Origin: Candidatus Omnitrophota bacterium
GTDB lineage: Bacteria; Omnitrophota; Gorgyraeia; B26-G9
Direction: 5' to 3'
Assembly (NCBI GenBank): GCA_018895275.1
Contig: JAHIOQ010000125.1
Span: forward strand, 1-47,884
Length of the DNA: 47,884 nt
Of the stretch, positions 35,574 to 46,400 are shown piece after piece (the first letter of the stretch is position 1; each line of letters begins with the position of its first letter). Under the pieces are notes generated by a model. The model was given only the letters and a program-made list of their open reading frames with translations. It made no database searches and was not told the origin of the DNA. A program made the position numbers and the translations under genes.

Positions 35574-37628
35574 ATGTTAAATAAAATCAAAATTATGGGA
35601 CTGTACATAATGTGCGCCGTCTTGTTGTCCGTCGCCGGTTTTGTTTACGCTAGCGGCAATAATGATTACGCTCAGTATCTGCAAAAAGGCAGAACCGCTT
35701 TCGGCAATGCTGATTATGCCCAGGCACTGGCTGCTTATAAAGAAGCGGAACAAATTGATCCGGGGTCCAAAGAGGCGATTTTGAACCAGGCGCTGATATA
35801 TAAAACTACGCGGCAGTACAGCCGGGCGGTTGCCTGTTATAAAAAACTGCTTAAGATTCAGCCGGACCAGATGGTTCACCTTAATATGGGGGAGCTTTAT
35901 TATTTAAACGCCATGCCGCGGGAAGCCATCGAATCGCTGAATACCGCCTTAAAAATGGGATTGGATGAGGCGCGGGCTTATTTTTGGCTGGGAAAGTGTT
36001 TTGAGGATACCGGGCAAACGGATAATGCCTTATGGGCACATGCAAAGGCCGTGCAGAGTGATGACGCCTTTGCCTGCGCGCATTTATCCCTGGGCAAGGC
36101 CTATGAGCAAAAAAAGATGTGGGCAGCGGCGATAAAAGAGTTTGTCAAAGTAAAGGAGCTTGATCCGAGCATTGTAGAAATATACTGGTCTTTGGCCATG
36201 GCCTATTTTTATCAGGATAATTATGAAAACGCCCTTGTGGCTTTCCGTAAGGTTCAGGCAATTGATCCGGACAATGAACAGGTTAAAACATATATTGATT
36301 CTATTTACCGTAAGGCCGGGGAGGCATTGAAGAAAAACCTGGCGCAAAGGCAGACGAAAAGGCTTGATGAAAGCAGCGCGAAAAAGGTCTCGCCCAAGCG
36401 CGCGGACGGAGCGCTGGTTTTAAGGATCCATATCGGTGATTCAAAAGGCTTTTGTTTTAAATGCGCCGCGGACTTTAATATTGAAGGCAGCGGCGGAAAG
36501 GTTCTTTTTCAGGGAGAAAAAGGCTGTTTGTACAGCCTGGATATTAAAAGAGGAAATATTATCCTGCGCGCGGGTGATAAAAGAATAATAGAGTTTAGCC
36601 AGACAATATATTTGCGGCAAAAAGACGCAGCGGCAACGATACTTATTTTTAATTTGGAGTCGGGCACGGGAGAATACTGGGCAAGCAAGACGGATCGTCT
36701 TTACCGGGGAGAGCTTGAACTGAGCGTTGTCCCGGAAGATAAGATCAGGATAATCAATAAAGTTAATATGGAAGAATATCTTTACGGAGTATTGCCCAGC
36801 GAGATGGACAGCAAATGGCCTGAAGAGGCGCTGAAGGCCCAGGCAGTAGCCGCGCGCAGCGAGGCCTACGCGAAACTGGGGCGGCACAAAAACGACGGGT
36901 TTGATTTCTGCTCCGGCGTGCATTGCCAGGTTTACAACGGCGCGCGCGTGGAGACTACGGCGACGAACGAAGCGGTTGATGTGACGCAGGGAGAAGTAGT
37001 TGCTTATAAAGGGATCCCCATCGATGCCGTCTACAGCAACAGCTGCGGAGGCCATACCCAGGGGAATGTGTTCAGCAAGCGGGAGCCCATTCCTTATTTA
37101 AAGGCCAAACAGGATGCCGTAGGGGCAACGGGGTTCTTTTTTCCTCTATCCCCCCTGGAACAGGAAGACTGGCTTTGGTATGCGGATATTCCCGTATTTT
37201 GCAACAACGAAGCCTTTTCCCGGCGCAGCAATTTTCGCTGGATGAGGGTGTATTCAAAACTGTCTCTGGAACAGCTTATCAATAAAAAAATAGATATCGG
37301 CAGGCTCATATCCATAGATATTACGGAAAGGAATATATCCGGCCATGTCTATCGTATCCGGATTATCGGTTCAAAAGGCCGCTTTAACGTGGAAAAGGAA
37401 CTTGTGGTGCGGCAGATGTTGGGTAATCTGCGCAGCAGCATGTTTAACATTGATGTTAAGCTTGACCATAAAGGGGTGGCGCAGGAGTTTATTTTCTACG
37501 GCGGCGGATGGGGGCATGCCGTGGGGATGTGCCAGGTGGGCGCGGCAACAATGGCCCAGGCAGGGTATAAATATGATGCAATACTGAAATTCTATTACAC
37601 GGATGTGGAGATTAAAAAGCTGTATTGA
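35574..37628 (+). CDS. TPR + SpoIID/LytB domain protein
   Basis: Signal peptide and multiple TPRs; EEYLYGVLPSEM..WP.EALKAQAVAARS; GWGHAVGMCQ.GA. Confidence 0.92.
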   Translation: MLNKIKIMGLYIMCAVLLSVAGFVYASGNNDYAQYLQKGRTAFGNADYAQALAAYKEAEQIDPGSKEAILNQALIYKTTRQYSRAVACYKKLLKIQPDQMVHLNMGELYYLNAMPREAIESLNTALKMGLDEARAYFWLGKCFEDTGQTDNALWAHAKAVQSDDAFACAHLSLGKAYEQKKMWAAAIKEFVKVKELDPSIVEIYWSLAMAYFYQDNYENALVAFRKVQAIDPDNEQVKTYIDSIYRKAGEALKKNLAQRQTKRLDESSAKKVSPKRADGALVLRIHIGDSKGFCFKCAADFNIEGSGGKVLFQGEKGCLYSLDIKRGNIILRAGDKRIIEFSQTIYLRQKDAAATILIFNLESGTGEYWASKTDRLYRGELELSVVPEDKIRIINKVNMEEYLYGVLPSEMDSKWPEEALKAQAVAARSEAYAKLGRHKNDGFDFCSGVHCQVYNGARVETTATNEAVDVTQGEVVAYKGIPIDAVYSNSCGGHTQGNVFSKREPIPYLKAKQDAVGATGFFFPLSPLEQEDWLWYADIPVFCNNEAFSRRSNFRWMRVYSKLSLEQLINKKIDIGRLISIDITERNISGHVYRIRIIGSKGRFNVEKELVVRQMLGNLRSSMFNIDVKLDHKGVAQEFIFYGGGWGHAVGMCQVGAATMAQAGYKYDAILKFYYTDVEIKKLY

Positions 37629-37636
37629 TATTGCGT

Positions 37637-37656
37637 AAATATTGATAATAACCTAT
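37637..37656 (+). promoter_or_regulatory. Possible Fur box overlapping a -10 element upstream of feoA
   Basis: ATTGATAATAACCTATAAT partially matches the Fur consensus and includes TATAAT. Confidence 0.4.
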
Positions 37657-37669
37657 AATAGCAGCTGTT

Positions 37670-37909
37670 ATGAATAAAATAAATCTTGTACAAATGAAGG
37701 CCGGGCAAAAAGGTACGATTGTCCGTATTGAGGGCGCAGAGGCATTCTCAAAACGCCTTGGCGTCATGGGTATGCGAATAGACAAGTCCGTGATAAAACT
37801 CAGCGCCTTTGTTTTTTGCGGGCCGGTGGCCATCCGGGTCGGGCGCACGGTTATCGCCCTTGGCTACGGTATGGCGTCTAAGGTTTGGGTGCAATTAGAG
37901 AAAAAATGA
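37670..37909 (+). CDS. feoA: Ferrous iron transport protein A
   Basis: L..MK.GQ.G.I, RL..MG, GP and ALG..MA.KV.V; directly upstream of feoB. Confidence 0.93.
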   Translation: MNKINLVQMKAGQKGTIVRIEGAEAFSKRLGVMGMRIDKSVIKLSAFVFCGPVAIRVGRTVIALGYGMASKVWVQLEKK

Positions 37910-39618
37910 AAAAGATTGTTTTAATCGGCAATCCTAATGTGGGCAAAAGCGTTTTATTTTCCCGCCTTACCGGGGTAAGGGTGCTTGTTTCCAATTATCC
38001 CGGGACTACGGTTGAGTTCCTGGAAGGATATCTTTGCGTCGATGACGAACAGATGCAGGTGATTGACCTTCCGGGTACCTATAGCCTGGAGCCCTCTGTT
38101 CCGGCGGAAGAAGTAAGCGTGAAGATGCTTTCTCTGTCGGATATCATCGTCAATGTCATTGACGCGACGAACCTGGAACGCAACCTGTATTTAACCATGG
38201 AGCTTATCGAGACAGGCCGCCCGATGGTCGTTGCCTTAAACATGTTTGACGAGAGAAAACACCGCGGAGTGGATATTGACGCCCGGCAGCTGGAGAAACT
38301 TCTCGGCGTCCCGGTAATTCCGACCAGCGGGATTACCGGGATGGGGATAAAGGCGCTTAAGGAGCGGTTAAAAAATGTTCCGGCAGGAAAGAGTTTTTTT
38401 CGCACGCATGAGGAACGCTGGAGCAGTATCGGGCATATCACCGAAAGCGTGCAGCGGCTTTCGCACCGGCACCATACGTTTTGGGAAGCGCTCGAGGATG
38501 CCTCGGTCAACCATGCCTGGGGGCTGATTATCGCAGGGGGCATTATATTTGCCGGTTTTAAATTTATCCGGTTTGTGGCTGAAGGACTGATTAATACGGT
38601 GTTTGAGCCGTTTTTTCAGAACGTATACCTGCCCCTGCTGGAGCGCTTAAGTGTTATCTTAGGCCAGGGAGGTTTACTGCATTCGCTGCTGATCGGGAAA
38701 ATGATTGACGGAAAGATCGATTTTCAACAGTCGTTAGGACTGCTGACCACGGCTCCGTATGTGGAATTCGTCATGGTTCTGCCGTATGTGTTTTCATTTT
38801 ATCTGCTTTTAAGTTTTCTTGAAGACAGCGGATACATCCCGCGTTTAGCCTTACTTCTGGACAATGTAATGCACAAGCTGGGGCTGCATGGATTTGCGAT
38901 TATTCCGGTTTTGCTCGGGTTCGGCTGTAATGTTCCCGGAATACTGGGGACAAGGATATTGGAAAGCAAGCGGGAGCGGTTTATCGCCGCAACGCTTATA
39001 TCCATCGGCGTGCCCTGCGCCGCGTTACAGGCGATGATTGTAGGGATACTGGGAAAATTCGGCGGCCGCTATGTCGCGCTTGTTTATGCCGTGCTTTTTT
39101 GCCTTTGGCTTTTTTTAGGCCTGGCGATGAACTATTTTTTAAAGGGGTACAGCCCGGAGCTTTTACTGGAAATCCCGCCGTACCGTTTTCCGGCGCTGAA
39201 CCTGCTGGCGAAAAAAATAGTTATGCGCATACGCGGTTTTATTATCGAGGCTCTGCCGATAATAATGCTGAGTATTTTGGTTATCAATATATTGCAGCAG
39301 GTGCGGATTTTTGAATTTATTTCCGCGCTTTTTAGCCCGCTGCTCGGCCGGGTGTTCGGATTGCCGAAAGAAGCGATATGGGTATTGATAATCGGCCTGC
39401 TGCGCAAAGATATCGCCGCGGGAATGCTGATACCGTTACATCTGAGCGTTAAACAATTGATTATTGCCTGCCTCGTATTATCGATGTCGTTTCCCTGCAT
39501 CGCGACGGTGGTGATCTTTTTAAAAGAACTGGGATGGAAACGGCTTGGGCAGGCCGCGCTGATAATGGTCGGGATTACGACACTGGTCGGCGGGATAATG
39601 AATGTTATTTTGCCTTAA
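37906..39618 (+). CDS. feoB: Ferrous iron transport protein B
   Basis: GNPNVGKS, NYPGTTVE, DLPGTYS, LEDSGY.PR and GFGCNVP. Confidence 0.97.
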   Translation: MKKIVLIGNPNVGKSVLFSRLTGVRVLVSNYPGTTVEFLEGYLCVDDEQMQVIDLPGTYSLEPSVPAEEVSVKMLSLSDIIVNVIDATNLERNLYLTMELIETGRPMVVALNMFDERKHRGVDIDARQLEKLLGVPVIPTSGITGMGIKALKERLKNVPAGKSFFRTHEERWSSIGHITESVQRLSHRHHTFWEALEDASVNHAWGLIIAGGIIFAGFKFIRFVAEGLINTVFEPFFQNVYLPLLERLSVILGQGGLLHSLLIGKMIDGKIDFQQSLGLLTTAPYVEFVMVLPYVFSFYLLLSFLEDSGYIPRLALLLDNVMHKLGLHGFAIIPVLLGFGCNVPGILGTRILESKRERFIAATLISIGVPCAALQAMIVGILGKFGGRYVALVYAVLFCLWLFLGLAMNYFLKGYSPELLLEIPPYRFPALNLLAKKIVMRIRGFIIEALPIIMLSILVINILQQVRIFEFISALFSPLLGRVFGLPKEAIWVLIIGLLRKDIAAGMLIPLHLSVKQLIIACLVLSMSFPCIATVVIFLKELGWKRLGQAALIMVGITTLVGGIMNVILP

Positions 39619-39639
39619 CCTGAGGAAAGGAGAGATTTT

Positions 39640-40239
39640 ATGGAAGGCAAGCCGAAAAATAATTTTCTAAATAAAATTATCGGCGGGATAATTATTTTTT
39701 GTATTATTCTTATTCTCATCACGGTTTTTATCGCCAGGGCGTATTTGAATACATACCGGTTATTTACGCAGCGGCATCTGGTTGCCGTTGTCGAATGCCA
39801 AAAGACGCCTAAGGCTAGGCATCCGGTACTTTGCGTTGAACTGTATCCGGAAACGGAAGCGGCGCGGAAAAAAACATTGTTTTTTAATGCCGATGAATGG
39901 GTGATTGAGGGGCATATGGTGCTTTGGAAACCGGTTTTCGGGATTTTCGGCGCGCAGCGCTATTATCGGTTAGAACGTATAAGCGGAAGATACCGGGATA
40001 TCGAAAAGGAGAAAAAAGAAGAACGGCTGGTTTACAGCCTTTCGGAGCAGCCGGATAGATTCTGGTTCTTTATCTATCGCTACCAGCGTTTTATCCCTTT
40101 TGTGGAAGCAGCCTACGGGAACAGCGCCTTTGTGCCTTTTGAACCCGGCAAGAAATTTCATGTCTATGTTACCTATTACGGATTCATGATTAAAGAGGTT
40201 AGCGAGCCGAAAAAAAGAAACTGGTGGTCAGTAGGGTGA
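39640..40239 (+). CDS. Hypothetical membrane-anchored protein
   Basis: RBS AGGAG; N-terminal TM helix; 199-aa ORF. Confidence 0.75.
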   Translation: MEGKPKNNFLNKIIGGIIIFCIILILITVFIARAYLNTYRLFTQRHLVAVVECQKTPKARHPVLCVELYPETEAARKKTLFFNADEWVIEGHMVLWKPVFGIFGAQRYYRLERISGRYRDIEKEKKEERLVYSLSEQPDRFWFFIYRYQRFIPFVEAAYGNSAFVPFEPGKKFHVYVTYYGFMIKEVSEPKKRNWWSVG

Positions 40240-42490
40240 AAAGCGCGGTTTTTATCAGCGCGATAACCAATATTGTGGCCGGAATGCCGGCGATGGGAAT
40301 GAGAATTATCGATACGCTCAGCGTTCCGGCGAACGAACCGAGCATTTCCATGGCATAGAGTATATTCCTTTTTTCCTTACGCGAATCCATATAAACCGCA
40401 TTTGCCAGCGGGAATTCAAATCCGGCCAAAAACCCGAAGGCCGCGGAACTTAAAAGGATCATGAACAATACGGCCGGATGGCTGTTATCATTACCCGCGG
40501 CGCGATGCAGGCAGGTAATCAGCGGGATTAAAAGGAAACAGAGCATAATGAACCCACCGTCTATTTTAAGAAGCGTTTTGCGCATGTTTTGTATGCGGCC
40601 GAGATTTATTGTCATGATAAAACTCCCCAGCGTCAGCCCGAGCATGAATGAGCCGATAAGCAGCCCTATGTAGAGGTAAACATACCCGTAAAATGCCTGC
40701 AGGCTTAACAGGAGTATCATGTTAATCGATATCCCGGTAAATCCGCTAAAGAAAACAAGCCAGGGCATCATGCCGGATATCGCAGCGCTGGTAATTTTTT
40801 CTCTGCGCGAGATCGTAACGAACAAAAGAACGACCGTAAAAAAAACGAGGCAAACGATAATTACGGGAATATCAAGCTTTGCCGCGGCAGCGAATGCCTT
40901 TTGCAGGGAAGGGGTATAGGATGCGTTCCAGAGGCTGAGGCTGTAAAAAACACCGATAGGTTCAAGGTCCTTATTTTCCCGCGCGTTGCTTTTCTTTAAG
41001 CTTTCCAAAAACCATGCCTTTTTTTCCGCGCAAAGGCGGTCGCGGATATAAAATTCGTTAAACAGGGGACTCTGAATATTCGCCTGAGCCAGATGCCGGC
41101 ATATTGATTCCGGGGTAAATGAAATATTCCGCTCTTTGCCGGCAATATACAGATTGTAATATCCCGGGATAACTTCTACGCCGGGAAAAACGCTTTGCAA
41201 GGTGCGGTATACGCATTGGTTCAGGTTCAATTGTTCTTCCGAGAGATAGCTTAAGGCGCCGGGAAGGCTCAGGCATAATAATCCTTTTTCGGAAAGCCTT
41301 TGCCTGGCAATCTCAAAGAATTCTCTGGTGTAAAAACGGTTCATGACCAGGGTCGAAGGCGCGGGAAGATTAATAAGGATGCAGTCGAAGGTTTTAGCGG
41401 ATTTTTTCAGGAAGAGGCGTCCGTCCGTATTGTGGATAATAAGCCGCGGGTCGTTGATTTCAGCGCGGGTTAATTCCGTAGGATGGTGTTTTAGGGTATC
41501 GATGATTAAAGGGTCAAGTTCCGCATAGTCGATGCTGTTTACGGGGAATTTCAATATATTGCTGATTATTCCTCCCAGGCCGGTGCCGATTACGGCGATA
41601 TTATCCGCCGACTCGTGAATAGCGAGGGGGAAATTGACGAAGTCCTCGGTAAAAACGATGTCCGGGGAGGGGATGGTCATAAAGGCAAGGCCGTCATAAT
41701 AAAAGACATATTGTTCCTCCTGGCGGATGACGGCAATATTTCCGTATATGGAATTACGGCTATCTATAAGGTCAAATCCTTTCCATTGCCGCTTTAGGGA
41801 AAAGCTGTTGAAAATATCGGCAGTACGGGTATATCCGATTATTACAGCAGTAATTGCCAGCAACATTACGCCTGTCTTTATCAGCGCGGATGTTTTTTTT
41901 AAACAAGTCAGCATCAAGAATAATGCCGCGCAAAAATTCAAGCCGGCGATGAGAAATGCGATACGCAGGGAATGGATATGCGGTATCAAAAAACAGGTTA
42001 TAATTATACCGGCAAGCGCAAATCCGGCACCTTCCAGAAAATAGCTTTTACCGATTGCCGTTCTCAGCGCGGTATTCTTGATATCTTTGTAAAGGCGGCA
42101 GGCCAGGGGAAATTGGCCGCCAAGGAGAAGCCCTAGGGGCAGAATAACCGCCAAAGAAAGAAAAAATACGGAAATAATCCCTACGCCTTCTCCGGGGATG
42201 AGGCTAAAGCTGGTTTTTATCATGCGTGCCGCGGCAATGCTTACGGGAAATAATATGCTAATGCACAGCTGCAGGCAGGCATATGACATACGGGGACAGC
42301 GCAAAGAACCGCTGCGTATCCCGAAGATAAAGCTGCCGAGCGCTTCGGCGAGCAGCCAGTTCGCGAGGATGATGCCGATAGTTAACTCATTGCCGTAGAA
42401 TACGACCAGGAACTCACGGATAAACAATACCTGGGCGCCGAAGCAGGAAATACCCATGAGTAAGAGAAGAAAAGTGGCGAATGCCTTCAC
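40199..42490 (-). CDS. Fused membrane (MFS-like)/spermidine synthase-like protein
   Basis: Multi-TM termini; SIYGNIAV, GTGLGG, ELDP, DGR.FL and RFYTREFF motifs. Confidence 0.88.
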   Translation of the reverse strand: MKAFATFLLLLMGISCFGAQVLFIREFLVVFYGNELTIGIILANWLLAEALGSFIFGIRSGSLRCPRMSYACLQLCISILFPVSIAAARMIKTSFSLIPGEGVGIISVFFLSLAVILPLGLLLGGQFPLACRLYKDIKNTALRTAIGKSYFLEGAGFALAGIIITCFLIPHIHSLRIAFLIAGLNFCAALFLMLTCLKKTSALIKTGVMLLAITAVIIGYTRTADIFNSFSLKRQWKGFDLIDSRNSIYGNIAVIRQEEQYVFYYDGLAFMTIPSPDIVFTEDFVNFPLAIHESADNIAVIGTGLGGIISNILKFPVNSIDYAELDPLIIDTLKHHPTELTRAEINDPRLIIHNTDGRLFLKKSAKTFDCILINLPAPSTLVMNRFYTREFFEIARQRLSEKGLLCLSLPGALSYLSEEQLNLNQCVYRTLQSVFPGVEVIPGYYNLYIAGKERNISFTPESICRHLAQANIQSPLFNEFYIRDRLCAEKKAWFLESLKKSNARENKDLEPIGVFYSLSLWNASYTPSLQKAFAAAAKLDIPVIIVCLVFFTVVLLFVTISRREKITSAAISGMMPWLVFFSGFTGISINMILLLSLQAFYGYVYLYIGLLIGSFMLGLTLGSFIMTINLGRIQNMRKTLLKIDGGFIMLCFLLIPLITCLHRAAGNDNSHPAVLFMILLSSAAFGFLAGFEFPLANAVYMDSRKEKRNILYAMEMLGSFAGTLSVSIILIPIAGIPATILVIALIKTALFTLLTTSFFFSAR

Positions 42491-42596
42491 GCTGGATTAC
42501 TCCGTTTTTTACAACTTGTAAATTGGCGAAGCGTACTGTAAAATATAATAACAGAACAAAGACTGCTTTTCAATGAAAAGACGTGGGAGTATTATT

Positions 42597-42914
42597 ATGA
42601 AACACTCTATGATCCGGGTTTGGAACGAATTGGATATAGAAACCGTAAAACGTCACTTGCTTATTGCCGGCGAACTAACCGCTAATTGCGAAAACTGCCA
42701 GCATCTGGGGATTGATTTTGCGAAAGAAAGGGCATGCCCGCAATGCCGAACCGAATTTCGTTACATCTGTTTCCGGACGAAAAGCAACAAAGGCGAAGAA
42801 TTTTCCGCCATCCGCAGGTTGAAAGAAAAACGGCCGGACATGATTATCGTCGATTATGAGGATATTAAGCACGCCAGCGGCAAATCAAAGGTGCATGGCC
42901 TGTTTGATAAATGA
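42597..42914 (+). CDS. Hypothetical zinc-ribbon protein (alternative start 42573)
   Basis: CENC...CPQC motif pair. Confidence 0.7.
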   Translation: MKHSMIRVWNELDIETVKRHLLIAGELTANCENCQHLGIDFAKERACPQCRTEFRYICFRTKSNKGEEFSAIRRLKEKRPDMIIVDYEDIKHASGKSKVHGLFDK

Positions 42915-42918
42915 TCTA

Positions 42919-43149
42919 TCAGCCGGCTTTTTGGATTTTTCCGGTCCTAATGCATGAGGTACATACGCGGGCGGTTTTCGTCGTTCCGCCAATCTTTATT
43001 CTGACGTTCTGAAGATTCGGCATAAACGTGCGTTTGCTTATACCGGTTGTCTTTTTTCCCACGCCGCCTTTTTTCTTGGCCATACCGCGCTGTACGATTG
43101 ACCTGCCTGCTGTCGGCCCTTTTCCGCATATTTCACAAACCTTAGACAA
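42919..43149 (-). CDS. rpmB: 50S ribosomal protein L28
   Basis: SKVCEICGK...KRTFMPNLQ...VCTSCIR; GGAGG RBS and TTG start. Confidence 0.96.
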   Translation of the reverse strand: MSKVCEICGKGPTAGRSIVQRGMAKKKGGVGKKTTGISKRTFMPNLQNVRIKIGGTTKTARVCTSCIRTGKIQKAG

Positions 43150-43323
43150 AGTATACCTCCATAATTTATTCCGTCTGTTTTAAGTTATTGCGATATGTAT
43201 CACAATTGGTTTGATAATTGTATAACACAAAAGGTATTTTTTGTCAATGGGGTAAAAAAATGCGGGCAGAACGAGCGGAGGGAAACGAGCTTTTAAGATG
43301 TTGCAGCACAAAGAGTTGCGCAT

Positions 43324-43352
43324 TTGCAAAAAAATAAATAATATGGTATACT
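43324..43352 (+). promoter_or_regulatory. Sigma70-type promoter
   Basis: TTGCAA-N17-TATACT with an extended TG. Confidence 0.6.
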
Positions 43353-43409
43353 ACAGTATCTTTTTTAGAAAATTTATAACGAGCTAAGTTAAGCCGGAGG
43401 AGGGAAACC

Positions 43410-46400
43410 ATGGCAATGGGAAGGTTCATGAAAACACATAAGTTGTTGATGAAACCGACCTGTCTTCTGCTTTTGAACACGTTTTTATTTTCATCCCCTT
43501 TATGCGTTTTTGCCGATGCCCATATTGTACATGCGCGTTACGGCGAGACCGGGATGCTTTCTCCGCAACTATCGATTTCCATGCCGGTAACGCTGAAAGC
43601 TTTTACTGCCGCGCCTACCCCAAAAGAATTACGAATAAGCGCTCAGAACAATCTCAGCCAAACAATTCAGAAGAAATTGGCAAATGCCGATGCAGCACTC
43701 TTTAGTTTAGAAAACGCATTTTTTGTCAAAGACGAAGAAACCGGTGAATTAAAAGCGGAGTTAACCGGGCAGCGTACCGGAGGACTGGGGCGCTATATGG
43801 GTGATTTGCTGGCGCGTATGACTGATAACGGGAGAAATGTGGCCGGAGTAGGCCTTCTTTATAATTACATTATGGTCCAGTCTGTTAACGAATGGGGCGA
43901 ACAAATTGTTCGTAAGGTTCGCATTGACCGGGAAGATCTGCAGAAACGCGGGGTTTTAATTCCTGTGGTAGATAAAGCCGGTATGCAGAAAACAGTGAAA
44001 GTTGAGGTGAGTAAAGGGGAGATTGTCGAGGTAAAATTATGGTGGGCGAAGCGAACGACGCAAAGAGGAGAGGTATATACGCTGTTATTGGATAACCACG
44101 ATATTACCAGCGTATTATATATAGGAGAAACGAATTCCGAAGAACGCCTGCGCCAATCCATTCTTCTCGGCAAAGCCGGGGTAAAGGCGCTGGAAGAACT
44201 GGGGATTAGGCCCAAATACTTTCATTTAAATGAAGGCAGTGCCGCGTTAGCGGCAATTTACGCAAAAAAGAATGGGGTATTCCGGGATGTGAAGATAACC
44301 GGCGTTATGCATACGCCGGTGGAAGCAGGATTACCGAAATATAGTGAAGGATTATGGAATAGATATTTTTATGATTTAGGCCCGGAGTGGCGAACTATCA
44401 TGCTGGAAAAAACCGGGACGTTTATTGACATGACCAGGATTCTCTTTCAAATGAGCCGCAAGGTAGCTGCCGTTGGCAAGGAATTTAACGATGTTTTAAA
44501 AGAAATGGTTGGCAGAATGTATCCCTATTCCCAATGGCTCCTGGATAAAATAGAGCCTATTACCAACGGAGTTGACGGATGGGGTTATCAGCCGTCGTCA
44601 ATGGATAAAAAGCAGCTAGAAAAAGAAAAGTTAGATAGGAAAATCTCGCTTGGAGAAATTATTGAAGCGCGAAAGAAAAAAATAAAAGACGGGCAGATAA
44701 AAGAAATATTGCGAAAACAACTTATATGGTACGCGATTGGCGATCTATGGCCGGCGCTTGTGCAGTCATTCCGGGAAAGATTGCGGCATCAAGGGCGTTC
44801 GGAAGGTGATATAAGCGAAGATATTGTAGGGGTAATGCAAAATGTTGCGGAAGATATTGCGGCAAAATTAAGTATTCCAGATTATGAAATTTCCGAGGCA
44901 AGCCTGCGCGACTTATTATCGCAGAGAGGGCTATCGGTACCGGAAAATGTATCGTTGCAAGACGCAGTAGGGAAAATACGGCAGGTTGAGCCGATATTAA
45001 TGGATCTTATTCGGAATCGTCCATGGCTTTGTTACGGCCGTCGTTTTACGCTATATAAAATGGATTTTCCGCTGCTTGACGCAACGGGAATTGAGCGCAT
45101 CGTGAATAATCGGGATGCTGGCGGGCTGGAATACGCGGTTATTTTTGCCGGAGTTGCCCATCCGAATGATGAAGTGGGTAAAGACTGGATAAGAAACGCG
45201 GTGGAATTATCGAAAAGGCACTTTGGCAAATTTATCTTTTTACCGGGATATGACCTGGAATTGGACAGGCTGCTGCTGCAAAACGCGGATTTGTGGCTTT
45301 ATTCTCCGGAGCGGCTTAAAGAGGCATGCGGGACAAGCGGTATGGGCGCTTTATTCAGCGGCGCAATACCTGTGGCGAGTCCTACAGGATGGTCTTTAGA
45401 ATATGTGGAGGAATTTAATCCGCTAACAGGTAAAGGAAACGGTTTTTTTATTGAGCCGTATCCTGATCCGCAGTCTGATGACTGGCGTGCGCATGTCCAG
45501 GGGTTGAAAAATGTGGGATGGCAAGGCCTTTATGACAAACTTAAGATCGCTAGCGACCTTTATTACAATACGGATAGGCGGCCGTATTTTAGATTGCTGG
45601 AAAACGCCTATTCGTCGGCAGAGAAAACGGACATGCGAATAGCCGCAACTAAATATTATGAGCTTATGGAAGAAGGGGAACTGACTATTGGAACACATAC
45701 GGCAAGGGGGACAAGGATTGAGGATATTGTAGAGATAACACAGAAGAATCATTTTAGCGCTATTGAACTGTCGTTTTATGCGGATGAAGGGCTTAAGTCG
45801 CCGGGAGAACTGGATCCCAAATGGGTTCAGGATTATTTAAAACCGGCATTGTTGAACAAACTGGTTACGGTTCACCTGCCAGTGTTAGATTTGCGTGACG
45901 AGGGCAGCGTGCAAGAAATGAGGAAAATTATTGATTTTGCCGCGGATATCCATTCCTATCTTGTTAGTATTCACCTTGATGAATTGGATGATGATTTTAT
46001 CGCGAAAGTAACTGAATTAGTTATCTATGCCGCGTCGAAAGGAATAAGATTGGGGCTGGAAAATAGTTATCATATTAAAAACGGCGTGGAAATTGTTTGG
46101 CATACGCCTCAACATGTCAACCTCGTGTATAAAAAGATAGGGGGGGCGCTTGCGCAGGCAGGAATACCTGAATTGAAGGAAAATGTCGGCCTGGTTTTTG
46201 ACTTGGCTTACGCTAAGATTGCGATGAAAAGACAGAATTCTCCGCTGGCATTTTATAGACAGGTAGACAAAGATGTGCCTATTTTTGAAGTCAATGTAAG
46301 CGGCAATAAATTACCCCGTATCGGTGCATTGGAAACGCATATCCCGCTTCATGAAGATGAAATAGTTCTAAAGGATATGCCGGAAATTGTACAGCTGCTG

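Noticed and set aside
40199-40239. 41-bp convergent overlap between two genes
   Set aside because: Short tail-to-tail overlaps are common in compact genomes; nothing further is visible.
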